DNA of 63,472 nucleotides, the filler included, from Clostridia bacterium (lineage in GTDB: Bacteria; CBDUZB01; JAGLHV01), in the NCBI GenBank assembly GCA_030637025.1. It is 6 parts of 6 records of this genome, joined end to end, with 100 filler letters (N's around TTAATTAATTAA, not from the genome) between each part and the next. Parts side by side here need not be neighbours in the genome. Positions count along the whole stretch, not along the records: positions 1 to 20,902 come from DAOVVV010000040.1; 5 more parts are not named here. One strand, given 5' to 3'. The notes under the pieces were generated by a model that worked only from the letters and a program-made list of their open reading frames with translations, did no database searches and was not told where the DNA came from. Each line of letters starts with the position of its first letter. Position 1 is the first letter of the stretch. This document shows, in pieces, positions 11,420 to 21,002 of the stretch. Position numbers and translations under genes: made by a program.

Positions 11420-12082
11420 TCATTCCCATCTTATTTTTTCTACACCCTCTATATTTATTAATTCGTCAACTAAATTTTTATCAAATTTTACTTTTCTAAA
11501 CTTAACATTTATTTCTATTTTTATCTTTTTAGTTATTTTTTCTTTTTCAATAATACAATTTTGTATTTTGCCATCGGACTCTTTTAAAACTTGCTTTATT
11601 TTTTCCAGTTGTTCTCCATCACCTACCCCGCTAATATAAATTGTCTTATACCAGTCTCTCTGAAAAAAATGTTCTAATCTCCACAATAAAAGTAAGGTAA
11701 AAAGCACTAATGCTTCTGTAATAAAAGCGGCAAAATAACAACCGGAACCTATTGCCATACCAATACCCGCCACTACCCATAAACTGGCAGCAGTAGTCAA
11801 TCCTCTTACAGAAAACTTCGCCTGCATAATTGTTCCCGCGCCAATAAATCCTATTCCGGTAATAATCTGAGCGGCAATACGGGAAGGATCAACCGCAGCA
11901 ACATTTCGATAAAGAAAAAACATGTGTTGGGAAACCAACATAAATAAATTCGCCCCCATACAGACTAATACATGAGTTCTTAATCCTGCTACCCGTCCAT
12001 GGGTTTCTCTTTCCCACCCAATAAGTATACCAAATAAAAAAGATAAAATTATTCTTGTTAATATCTCATTACCAGAGAACAT
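11420..12082 (-). CDS. MgtC/SapB family membrane protein
   Basis: IGWERE..GRVAGLRTH, DPSRIAAQIITGIGFIGAG, GLTTAASLW. Confidence 0.93.
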   Translation of the reverse strand: MFSGNEILTRIILSFLFGILIGWERETHGRVAGLRTHVLVCMGANLFMLVSQHMFFLYRNVAAVDPSRIAAQIITGIGFIGAGTIMQAKFSVRGLTTAASLWVVAGIGMAIGSGCYFAAFITEALVLFTLLLLWRLEHFFQRDWYKTIYISGVGDGEQLEKIKQVLKESDGKIQNCIIEKEKITKKIKIEINVKFRKVKFDKNLVDELINIEGVEKIRWE

Positions 12083-12765
12083 TTAATCCTCCCATATTAA
12101 ACTCCCTTTTGCTTTACAAAAGTATCCTATCAAAATTAGTAAAAAAAGTCAAAATATTTTATTTTCCCTAAAAAAATTAAATCATACAGGTTTCTTCCCA
12201 AACAAAACTATCAGGTAAGAGATAAAAAACAATAGTTTCCCTGCTTTTTCTGTTTCCTAAACACTTTGTAATTTTAGTAATTTTTATATCTAAAATTTAT
12301 CAACGAAGAAATAAATTTCCGGGGAAACTCCTGATAACCTAAATCCGATAAAGAGAAAAGGAACTAGACGATAAAAAGCAAAAAAGATTTCACCAAACAG
12401 GTGCAAAAGGATATAAAAAAACTTGCTTTTTGGTATAATAATACTTGATACGGAAATTTTAAAAAGTAGTTACAAAATCTTCCCATTAGAACTATCCAAT
12501 TGAATTGATTAATAATTTTTTCAGTCATAATAGGTTGATCCGGCCGAAACCTAAGACCAATATCGAAATTTGGGTGTTTTTTTATTCTTGTTTTCTCCTA
12601 AAACTTTTACTATAATTAAGTATTGATTGAGCTGGTGACTTTTTAAATACTTCTTTGATATTAATGGTGTTAAAAAAAATGTGCCCTTTGTAGAATAATA
12701 TTCATAAATAATTCAATTAAAACAAGGTCTGCTTGCTTTTAAAAATTTAATTCGAAAATAAAATT

Positions 12766-14634
12766 ATGGCCAATTTTAAAAATATAAAATTACTCCGTCA
12801 ACTCAGCGCTTTAGATGTATTCTGTATTTCTACCGGGGCAATGATTAGTTCCGGTTTATTTATACTTCCCGGAATAATTTACGCTAAAATCGGCCCGGCA
12901 GTAATCTTAGCTTATATTTTCGCCGGGCTGTTTATTCTTCCGGCGTTATTTGCTAAAATAGAATTAGCCACTGCAATGCCTAAAGCCGGCGGCGATTATT
13001 TTTTTATCGAACGCAGTATGGGTTCAGCAGCCGGCACAATCGGAGGATTTGCCAGTTGGTTTTCGCTTACCCTTAAAAGCGCTTTTTCGTTAGTAGGCAT
13101 AGGCGTACTTATGACCCTGATTAATCCCGGAATTACTGAAGGGCAAATTAAATTCATTGCTATACTTTTTTGTCTGCTTTTTATGATTTTTAATTTAACC
13201 AGCGTTAAACTTACCGGTAGAATTCAAATTTTTCTTGTTTTCCTGCTTATCGGGGCCCTATCTCTTTATATTCTTCGAGGTGTAATGTTAATTAATGTCC
13301 ACAGTTATACCCCATTTATGCCTTTTGGTAAACGTTCATTGTTTCTGGCAATCGGCATGGTTTTTATCTCTTTTGGTGGATTAACCAAGGCAGCCAGTAT
13401 TGCCGAAGAAGTCAAAAATCCATCTAAAAACATCCCTTACGGAATGATTTTATCTTTTTTAGTAGTATTGTTTCTTTATGGGTTAACTATTTTCGTAACA
13501 GTAGGGTTGCTTAACCAGGATGAATTAACCCATTCCCTTACTCCTATTTCTACCGGCGGTTACAAAATATTTGGTACTTTTGGCAGTATAATTATGTCTT
13601 TTGCCGGAATTCTGGCTTTTGTCTCTACAGCCAATGCCGGGATATTATCCGCTTCCCGCTTTCCCCTGGCAATGAGCCGTGACCAGCTTTTACCGGATTT
13701 TTTTGCTAAAATAAATAAGCGCTTTAATACCCCTCATTTTTCCATAATATTTACCGGAATTTTTATGATGGCTTTTATCCTTTTTTTGAATCTGGAAAAT
13801 TTGGTAAAAGTGGCTTCTACTTTAAAAATCATCTTGTTTATATTTGTCATCCTGGCTTCCATTATTATGCATGAAAGTAGGATATTAAATTATAAACCGG
13901 CTTTTTCCTCTCCACTTTACCCGTGGTTACCGATAGCGGGTATTATCTCTTACGGTTTTTTCTTATATGAAATGGGCACTATAGCCCTTTTATCGACAAG
14001 TGTATTCATTCTATTCAGTATGCTCTGGTATAAAATTTATCTTAAAGGAACGGCTATGCGAAAATCTGCCTTAGTACATATTGTAGAGCGGGTCACGGCC
14101 AAAGAAATAGCCGGGAACTCATTGGCATCTGAGTTGCGCGAAATATTAAAGGAACGGGATGAAATAGTTGAAGACAGATTTGACGAACTGGTAAAAAAGT
14201 GTGAAATAATTGATATCGGTAAACAAATTACCCTTATAGAATTTTTCACTCTGGTGTCTAATAAATTGGCTAAACAATTAAATATTAATGCCAAACAATT
14301 ACTTGATTCCCTTATTACCAGGGAAGAAGAGTCCACTACCGAAGTGAGGCCGGGATTAGCCATTCCCCATATTAGTATCGATGGTACTCATAAATTTAAA
14401 TTACTTATAGTCCGGTGTGAAGCCGGTATTAATTTTTCCAATGACTTACCTCCCGTTTATGTTGCTTTTATTTTAGTCGGCTCACCGGATGAAAGAAATT
14501 TTCACTTACGGGCATTATCTGCCATCGCCCAAATTACCCAGGATACGGACTTTGATAAAAACTGGCTGAGAGCTAAAAACATTGAAGAGTTACGTGATAT
14601 CCTTCTCCTGGCCAAAAGACTCCGTAATAAATAA
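12766..14634 (+). CDS. APC-family amino acid permease fused to a C-terminal PTS EIIA-type domain
   Basis: GAMISSG, ELATAMPKAGG, AEEVKNP; C-terminus REEESTT...GLAIPH with the EIIA phospho-His motif. Confidence 0.88.
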   Translation: MANFKNIKLLRQLSALDVFCISTGAMISSGLFILPGIIYAKIGPAVILAYIFAGLFILPALFAKIELATAMPKAGGDYFFIERSMGSAAGTIGGFASWFSLTLKSAFSLVGIGVLMTLINPGITEGQIKFIAILFCLLFMIFNLTSVKLTGRIQIFLVFLLIGALSLYILRGVMLINVHSYTPFMPFGKRSLFLAIGMVFISFGGLTKAASIAEEVKNPSKNIPYGMILSFLVVLFLYGLTIFVTVGLLNQDELTHSLTPISTGGYKIFGTFGSIIMSFAGILAFVSTANAGILSASRFPLAMSRDQLLPDFFAKINKRFNTPHFSIIFTGIFMMAFILFLNLENLVKVASTLKIILFIFVILASIIMHESRILNYKPAFSSPLYPWLPIAGIISYGFFLYEMGTIALLSTSVFILFSMLWYKIYLKGTAMRKSALVHIVERVTAKEIAGNSLASELREILKERDEIVEDRFDELVKKCEIIDIGKQITLIEFFTLVSNKLAKQLNINAKQLLDSLITREEESTTEVRPGLAIPHISIDGTHKFKLLIVRCEAGINFSNDLPPVYVAFILVGSPDERNFHLRALSAIAQITQDTDFDKNWLRAKNIEELRDILLLAKRLRNK

Positions 14635-14731
14635 TCCATACCTAACATAAGTTCGCTTTTAATATCAGAATATTAATTTTACAATAAAAAAATTGTTAAA
14701 ATCACCGATAATACAACTTATATGTTGTATA

Positions 14732-15799
14732 CTAAATTTTTTCTTCTCTCCATGCAAACATTTCCACTCTATCAATACCGGGAACTGTTCCGATACCAAT
14801 TAAATTTGGGTCATGTTTTATATCTGAAGTTCCGTCACCGGTATAACTATGAACATTAATCGCACCCTTACCCCAGGAAGTTCCTACTACATTACAATCA
14901 TATTTAGGAGCATAAACAGCTGCATAAATATCACTGGTCCCATGCAACTTTATATTCCCGCTTTCCCCTGTTCCATAAAGGAAAAAAGTAGTAGCATCGG
15001 TTGCTGTATTTACAAAACCAGTTCCTCCGGCATCAATATCACCCGAACAATATAAATATACCCCAGGTCCACCTGCTACTGTAGTTAATGTTATTTTAGC
15101 ATTTCCCCCTATATTTATAGAACTACAGGTATAGGTACCGGGAGCTACAATAAAATTAGCATTTCCAAGTAAATTAATGGCACCTAAATCTATAGCTCCT
15201 ACCGGAGCAACCGGTAAGGGAAAATTAGCTGTTGCGTAATCTTTTTCTGTAACTACTCCGGTAACATGAACCGCACCATTTACCGTATCACTGGTAATTA
15301 CATCCCCGGTTATATTACAGGTATCGAGAAGATCAATTCCTCCATCCCCTGCTGAAATAGCATAATCATACGGAGAATGTGTAGGAAAGGGTATTCTGTT
15401 AACTAAAGCTACAATTTTTCTTTTTTCTCCCGGGGCAACCATATTCGGCACATAACCAATGGTTTCTATTCCATAACGATTAACCGGCAAAAGATTGCTA
15501 TCAAACATACAGCCGGGAGTAGAAACATTAATTGTATATTGACCTTTGGATAAATTCTGTAATGCCCCGGGACCTGTATAATTTGAATTATTCACTATTT
15601 CACTCATTGCCCGTTGTACCCCGGCATCAGCTAATTGAATTGCTCTCGTTGATAGTACCGTTTTCACTGTTGTTTTCGTTTCAAAATCAGCTAAACGGCT
15701 CAAACCCATTCCTACAGGAATTAAAACTAAAATCATTAAAGTCACTAAAGGTAAAGCTATTCCCCTCTCTGTTAGTAAACATCTATTATTTTTATCCAT
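14732..15799 (-). CDS. PilX-like pilin N-terminal protein with beta-rich C-terminal domain
   Basis: ERG/IALPLV prepilin-like start, hydrophobic helix, RAIQLADAGVQRA PilX motif, WREE terminus. Confidence 0.7.
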   Translation of the reverse strand: MDKNNRCLLTERGIALPLVTLMILVLIPVGMGLSRLADFETKTTVKTVLSTRAIQLADAGVQRAMSEIVNNSNYTGPGALQNLSKGQYTINVSTPGCMFDSNLLPVNRYGIETIGYVPNMVAPGEKRKIVALVNRIPFPTHSPYDYAISAGDGGIDLLDTCNITGDVITSDTVNGAVHVTGVVTEKDYATANFPLPVAPVGAIDLGAINLLGNANFIVAPGTYTCSSINIGGNAKITLTTVAGGPGVYLYCSGDIDAGGTGFVNTATDATTFFLYGTGESGNIKLHGTSDIYAAVYAPKYDCNVVGTSWGKGAINVHSYTGDGTSDIKHDPNLIGIGTVPGIDRVEMFAWREEKI

Positions 15800-15851
15800 T
15801 TTTCTCTCCTCCTTTTATTATTAATATTTGGTAAACTGCTTATTATCTCCG

Positions 15852-15897
15852 AAAATTAAAAACCGGATTAATCCATTTTGCTACGGATTATCCGGTT
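15852..15897 (-). terminator. Intrinsic terminator, riboswitch expression platform
   Basis: AACCGGATAATCC...GGATTAATCCGGTT followed by T-rich tract, between aptamer and start codon. Confidence 0.75.
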
Positions 15898-15914
15898 AAC
15901 TTTTATTTTATGTT

Positions 15915-16000
15915 CTTCGGCAACCCGGCTGTCCGCCATTACTTAGTGACGAACCCGTAGCTTTGCGTCCTATCCTTACGGATAGTTTGCCTTTATCAAA
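15915..16000 (-). ncRNA. c-di-GMP-I (GEMM) riboswitch
   Basis: GATAAAGGCAAAC-TATCC-GTAA-GGATAG-GACGCAAAGCTACGGG...ACAGCCGGGTTGCCGAA matches GEMM consensus; GNRA loop; G at the Vc2 G20-equivalent position. Confidence 0.92.
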
Positions 16001-16053
16001 ATATAATTTCTGCTCTCGTTCTTAAGTATATCACAGGTTTACTGATTTATCGA

Positions 16054-16069
16054 TGTGATTTTGGTCACT
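16054..16069. promoter_or_regulatory. Crp/Fnr- or Rex-like palindrome upstream of extended -10 (TGATATACT, minus strand 16025-16033)
   Basis: TGTGA-TTTTGG-TCACT, 9/10 match to TGTGA-N6-TCACA. Confidence 0.5.
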
Positions 16070-16370
16070 TTATTGAAAATGAAATTAATTTAGAAGACAG
16101 AGTCTTCCCGATTTAATGTCTTATTCCAGTTCAAATTTTATAGGTAATCGCACTCTTACCGGTACCGAGGTTTCCGGCTTTTAGGACGAGTATAACTTTT
16201 GCCTGTTTTATTTTAAAATAAGGTCTATGAAAAAAAATGCTAAATTAAATTCAAACTTAAAACCCGTTACTTCCGGTTGAATTAAATGTCAATTTATTTC
16301 CTATAGCCTTTAACCTCTGTCATAACTCTGATTTTAATGATTTTATTCAAAATTGTAATAGCAAAGTTTT

Positions 16371-17057
16371 TTATCCGCCTAACCCGCCAAGCCGAAGTTG
16401 AACTGCCTCACCGGTTAATTCACGAAGAGCATCAACCGCTATCCAATGGGCACTTTTGGAATTTATTTTTTGAATCTCCCTGGCAATAATAATTGCTCTT
16501 TTATTTAAAGTGCTATTCCTTTTTCCAATTTGTCGTAAGGCCCAGTTAACTGCTTTTCTAACCATATTTCTTTCATCTGTAGATTCCCTCTTTATTATTG
16601 GAAAAAATTGCTCGAATTTTTTATCTTCTGCTTGTTTATCACTAACTGCTAAACGGGCCATTAGGACAAACCCTGCTCTTTTAACAAATTCTTTTTTGCT
16701 TAAACTCCATCGAAAACATTTCTCATAAGCAAATCCGGTTTTTTCAAAAAGATTCATACAGCACTGGTCACAAATCTCCCAATAGTCAAACTCTTTTACC
16801 CATTTTTCTATTTGTGTTTCTGTGACTATTTGAGGATCATCAATCATACTGGCTAATATTCTGGTTTCCCTTATATTTAACGACCAGAGTTTTTTAGCAA
16901 GTTGATGATTTACTCCTATTTCTTTAGCTATTTTTCTTAAATTAGGAATTGATACACCGTAAGTTTTTTGGGGAGTAATTCCAAATCCAGACATCCCGGC
17001 AATTGATTTTGAATTAGATAAAGACTTCAGTCTTTTGATAATATCACTGCTTTCCAT
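16371..17057 (-). CDS. DNA alkylation repair protein (AlkD-like)
   Basis: YGVSIPNLRKIAK, WEICDQ, VRKAVNWALRQIGKRN; likely start at MESSD (ORF track starts 17102). Confidence 0.88.
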   Translation of the reverse strand: MESSDIIKRLKSLSNSKSIAGMSGFGITPQKTYGVSIPNLRKIAKEIGVNHQLAKKLWSLNIRETRILASMIDDPQIVTETQIEKWVKEFDYWEICDQCCMNLFEKTGFAYEKCFRWSLSKKEFVKRAGFVLMARLAVSDKQAEDKKFEQFFPIIKRESTDERNMVRKAVNWALRQIGKRNSTLNKRAIIIAREIQKINSKSAHWIAVDALRELTGEAVQLRLGGLGG

Positions 17058-17128
17058 TTCTTTTTTAACCTTTGAGAAAGGGACAGGTCTACAAAATAGC
17101 AAACCTGACCCCTTACAATTTGACCTTT

Positions 17129-17560
17129 TTAAGTAGTTATACTTTTCTGAATAAATTCACTAAGTTTTTGCGGTTCATCCGTGCCGATACGATAAACTTT
17201 TCCATTTTTCATCGATAACGCAACCGCATCTAATCCTGATATATTAAACAACCAACCCTTAGGACTCTTTCTAATCCCATACCCATACCACCATTTATTT
17301 CTAATCACTTCGCAACTTTTAATTTCTTTAAAATAAAATTTTTTCCTGATTAAACCAATCCCAAACTTAATTTCAACAAAATCTTTATTTCCTACAACCG
17401 TAAGCTTAAAAAATAAAATAATACTACAAAGTAATATTACTGACAAAATCAAAACACTCGCCCTATTTACATCTACTGCCCCTGAAAAATACCCAACAAA
17501 AAAAATCGCTGCTCCCAGTAATGCCACTACAAACATACCAAACTGAGTGTGCTTATACAT
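17129..17560 (-). CDS. Hypothetical two-TM membrane protein
   Basis: GGAGG RBS, two TM helices, WWYGYGIR and RIGTDEP motifs. Confidence 0.75.
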   Translation of the reverse strand: MYKHTQFGMFVVALLGAAIFFVGYFSGAVDVNRASVLILSVILLCSIILFFKLTVVGNKDFVEIKFGIGLIRKKFYFKEIKSCEVIRNKWWYGYGIRKSPKGWLFNISGLDAVALSMKNGKVYRIGTDEPQKLSEFIQKSITT

Positions 17561-17589
17561 CTTTACCTCCTTTCATTAATTTTTATCCT

Positions 17590-17800
17590 GGACCCCCCTG
17601 CAAAATAGCCTTTTCACCTTTATTGTCATTCCTGCTTTCCAGACTGTGTCATAACTCTACTTTAGGTAGCCGCAGGCTTTAGCCTGCGTAATTTATCCGT
17701 CGATAACGCAACCTGAAGGTTGCGGCTCCCAGATAAAAAATGGAGTTGTGACACACTCTCTAAGTGCGGAATGACAGAATATGTCCTTTTGCAGAAGTCT
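17590..17800. mobile_element. Nested MITE / REP composite
   Basis: Outer IR (CTGCAAAA / TTTTGCAG), split GTCATTCC..GGAATGAC hairpin, inner IR AGACTGTGTCATAACTC / GAGTTGTGACACACTCT (15/17), enclosing an inverted GTAG-REP pair. Confidence 0.7.
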
Positions 17801-17844
17801 ATAATTTTTATCCCCCTTTATCCCATTTAAAGGAACATAAGAAG

Positions 17845-18903
17845 TTAAGTTAGATTTTTTAAATAATCATAACTAAAATCAATTTTTAATTCCACCCATA
17901 AAGGTAAGTGGTCCGACATTTGAAATGTCCTCCAGATTTTCTGATAGTACTCTCTTTTGCCGGCCTTGCTTCTTGGTTTACCGTCCTTACCAATATCTCT
18001 CTTTTCCGATGACATAAAATCCTTGTATGTTTCAAATTCATCATCTTTAAATACCGATTGGTAAAAATTGAAAACCCCTGCATTTTTCTGACTGTCTCCC
18101 AATTTTAATTCATTTTCTTTTGTCTTAAAGGCAATTTGGTCATAAAATTTTGTTCGGTCAAGGTTGGTAGATTTTTTCAAGCCTTCAGGGATTTTAAACC
18201 CGTTTTTTTCCAGAGCCTCCATTGTTTTGTGCTCCGGATGTTTAATGTTGAAATCTCCCAGTACAATATAATTACACTCTTTCTCTTTAGCCCTTTTTGC
18301 CAAAAACTTAGCAATCTTTTCTATCTCTTCTATTCTTCGTTCCAGCTGCTCACCATAATCAGCCCCGTAATAAATATGAACGGTACATAACTTAAACTTA
18401 AACCATCCCGATTGAAATGCCACAAGAAAAGGTGTCCTGGCAAACTGTAAAGCATCTTTTATCTTTTTTTTTGCGGGTAAAACAATCTCGCCCGCAATAT
18501 TTCGAAAACTTACTTTATTAGTATCAAAAACAAAAACCATCCTTTCTCTATTGCCTGATGTCCCTTCTGTTACATCTGTAGAAATAAAATCCCAATTTTT
18601 TCCTAAAATATCCATAACCTTATTAAACGCTTTTAAATCTTTATTGATTTCCTGCAAAGCTACGAGATCAAATGCTGAAATAATTTCTGCTATATAATAA
18701 TAAGCCTCGTTACTTCTGGGACCGTGTTTAAATTTGTTAGAGTCAAAATCACGTATATTCCAGGTGGCCAATAACAGGGTATCATCAACTAATTTGCGGG
18801 GAATTTCTTTTTTTAGCTGTGCTCTTAAATCAATTATCTTACCCGCTACTCTACTTCTTTCTTTTGGTTTAAATTTTCTTTTTAATTGGTAATAAAAAGG
18901 CAT
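17845..18903 (-). CDS. Endonuclease/exonuclease/phosphatase family protein
   Basis: ATWNIRDF, ALQE, LGDFN, YDQI, SDHLP motifs; likely start MPFYY with GGAGG RBS (ORF track extends to 19053). Confidence 0.9.
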   Translation of the reverse strand: MPFYYQLKRKFKPKERSRVAGKIIDLRAQLKKEIPRKLVDDTLLLATWNIRDFDSNKFKHGPRSNEAYYYIAEIISAFDLVALQEINKDLKAFNKVMDILGKNWDFISTDVTEGTSGNRERMVFVFDTNKVSFRNIAGEIVLPAKKKIKDALQFARTPFLVAFQSGWFKFKLCTVHIYYGADYGEQLERRIEEIEKIAKFLAKRAKEKECNYIVLGDFNIKHPEHKTMEALEKNGFKIPEGLKKSTNLDRTKFYDQIAFKTKENELKLGDSQKNAGVFNFYQSVFKDDEFETYKDFMSSEKRDIGKDGKPRSKAGKREYYQKIWRTFQMSDHLPLWVELKIDFSYDYLKNLT

Positions 18904-19156
18904 TCTTTCTCCTCCTTTTTGTTTTCTTGACTCCTTAAAAATTATATAAAAACTTTTTAAAAAATACCAGCCTTTTCTTATACATAATATCTTATTTATT
19001 CCCATATCAGGGAATGTCATATGTATTGTAGCATTCCCAATCGTAATAAACAACTACTTGACTTAATTTCAGTCAAGTTATAGAATACTTAATAGCCGGT
19101 TAAAACATTTTGCTAAAAATATTTAAAATTTTATCGTAAGCAGAAGGAGTAATAAA

Positions 19157-20869
19157 ATGTTTGCTTTTTTTATTAACAGAAAATTATTAGTTAACATTAT
19201 CGTAGTCTTATTTATTACCGCCGGATTTATCGCACTAAAGCGCACCCCCAGAGAAGGAATGCCCGCTATTGATCTCAACCAACTATCTATTGTTACCAGA
19301 TACCCGGGAGCATCACCGGAAGATGTGGAACTGAATATCACCTTTAAAATCGAAGAACAATTACAAGAGGTGGCTGGACTGGTGGAAATAACTTCTGTTT
19401 CTATAGAAAATAGTTCTTCTATTCTGGTACAAATTGATGAATCTCTTGGTAAAAAACGCATAGAAGAAATCAAAGATGATGTCCAAAAAGCAATTGACAG
19501 CATCGATGATTTACCCGAGGAAATAGAAGACAGGCCTCTTGTCACCGAAATAAAAACCAGTGATATACCCGTTATCGAAATAGCTCTATCACACAAAAAC
19601 AAGGAATATTTACGTGAAATAGCAATAAAATTAGAAAGGAAAATAGAAAAATTAAAAGAAGTAGCCGGGGTAGATAAAATCGGATATTTCGATAAAGAAA
19701 TACACATAGAAGTAGACCCCGGACAGATGAAAAAAGCATTTGTTTCCTTGCCGGAAATTGTAAGTTCTATCCAAAAAAGAAATCTCCGCTCTACTTCCGG
19801 AACAATGGAATCATACCAGGGCTTAAAAAATATTGTTATCCTGAATAAATTTAAAAATCCTCTGGATGTAGAAGATGTTATTTTGCGCAGTAATTTTGAT
19901 TTTAAACATATCAAGTTAAAAGAAATTTCCCGGGTAAAAATGTCAGAAAAAGACAACCATCTTATTATTAGAAATAACGGCCAATACGGTATGTCACTGG
20001 CAGTAAGAAAAAAACCAAATGCAGACATTATTAGAACTATCAGCCGTATCAAAGCCCTGATAAAAAAAGATACTTTTAACAACTTAACCTTTGCTTTTAT
20101 CAATGACCAGTCTAAAACAACCCGAACCCGTCTTCGTTTATTAACTTCCAACGGCCTCATTGGATTTGTACTGGTATTAATTCTTTTGTTTGTTTTCCTG
20201 AATCCTAAAGCTGCTTTTTGGACATCTTTCGGTATTCCTTTTTGTTTTATTGCCGCCTTTTCTTTCTTTCCTCTTTTTAATATAACCATTAGTGCCATAG
20301 CTCTGGGTGGTTTGATTATCGTACTGGGAATAATCGTCGATGACGCTATTGTTATCTCCGAAAAAATAGTCTCTTATCAGGAAACAGGGATAGAACCTAA
20401 AAAAGCATCTTTAATGGCCTTAAAAGAAATGGCCGGCCCGATTACCGCCGCTTCTATTACTACCATTTGCGCTTATATCCCGCTGTTTTTTTTAGGAGGG
20501 CGTCCGGGAAAATTTATTTGGGCCATACCGGCCATTGTTATTATTATCATTTTAATTTCTTTGTTTGAATGTTTTTTTGTTTTACCCAACCATTTGAGCC
20601 ACGGAAAAAACAAAATTAAACAGAAACCATTGTGGTTAATTACTATAGAAAATTATTACCAGAAATTATTGTATAAATTTATAAAAGCCAGGTATTTTTT
20701 CCTTGTTTTTTTTACGCTCATTTTAGTATCTATGCTGGTATTAGCCAAGTCCCACTTAAAATTTCAAATGTTTCCACAATCAGGGATTGATACTTTCTAC
20801 ATTAAAGTGGAAGGAAATAAAAAGCAAAGTGTTGTGAAGCCCGCGAAAAATCTTGTTTTCCCACCTTGA
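19157..20869 (+). CDS. RND efflux permease (AcrB family), N-terminal half only
   Basis: YPGASPEDVE, GIIVDDAIVISE; about half normal length, ends near contig end with an atypical tail. Confidence 0.85.
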   Translation: MFAFFINRKLLVNIIVVLFITAGFIALKRTPREGMPAIDLNQLSIVTRYPGASPEDVELNITFKIEEQLQEVAGLVEITSVSIENSSSILVQIDESLGKKRIEEIKDDVQKAIDSIDDLPEEIEDRPLVTEIKTSDIPVIEIALSHKNKEYLREIAIKLERKIEKLKEVAGVDKIGYFDKEIHIEVDPGQMKKAFVSLPEIVSSIQKRNLRSTSGTMESYQGLKNIVILNKFKNPLDVEDVILRSNFDFKHIKLKEISRVKMSEKDNHLIIRNNGQYGMSLAVRKKPNADIIRTISRIKALIKKDTFNNLTFAFINDQSKTTRTRLRLLTSNGLIGFVLVLILLFVFLNPKAAFWTSFGIPFCFIAAFSFFPLFNITISAIALGGLIIVLGIIVDDAIVISEKIVSYQETGIEPKKASLMALKEMAGPITAASITTICAYIPLFFLGGRPGKFIWAIPAIVIIIILISLFECFFVLPNHLSHGKNKIKQKPLWLITIENYYQKLLYKFIKARYFFLVFFTLILVSMLVLAKSHLKFQMFPQSGIDTFYIKVEGNKKQSVVKPAKNLVFPP

Positions 20870-20902
20870 TGGCGATGGCTGAATCACATGGTTCTCCTCT
20901 AA

Positions 20903-21002
20903 NNNNNNNNNNNNNNNNNNNNNNNNNNNNNNNNNNNNNNNNNNNNTTAATTAATTAANNNNNNNNNNNNNNNNNNNNNNNNNNNNNNNNNNNNNNNNNN
21001 NN
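20903..21002. other. Artificial contig linker
   Basis: 100 bp of N containing TTAATTAATTAA (stops in all frames). Confidence 0.97.

Noticed and set aside
12524-12585. Hairpin TAGGTT-GATCCGGCCGA-AACCTA plus weak T-tract upstream of the APC permease as a cation riboswitch
   Set aside because: I cannot match it to a consensus with confidence; needs cmscan
16140-16205. P-loop-like GNLGTGKS on the minus strand
   Set aside because: No open frame around it; may be chance or a very old remnant
19123-20298. 391-aa antisense ORF
   Set aside because: Shadow of the RND gene; no recognisable motifs
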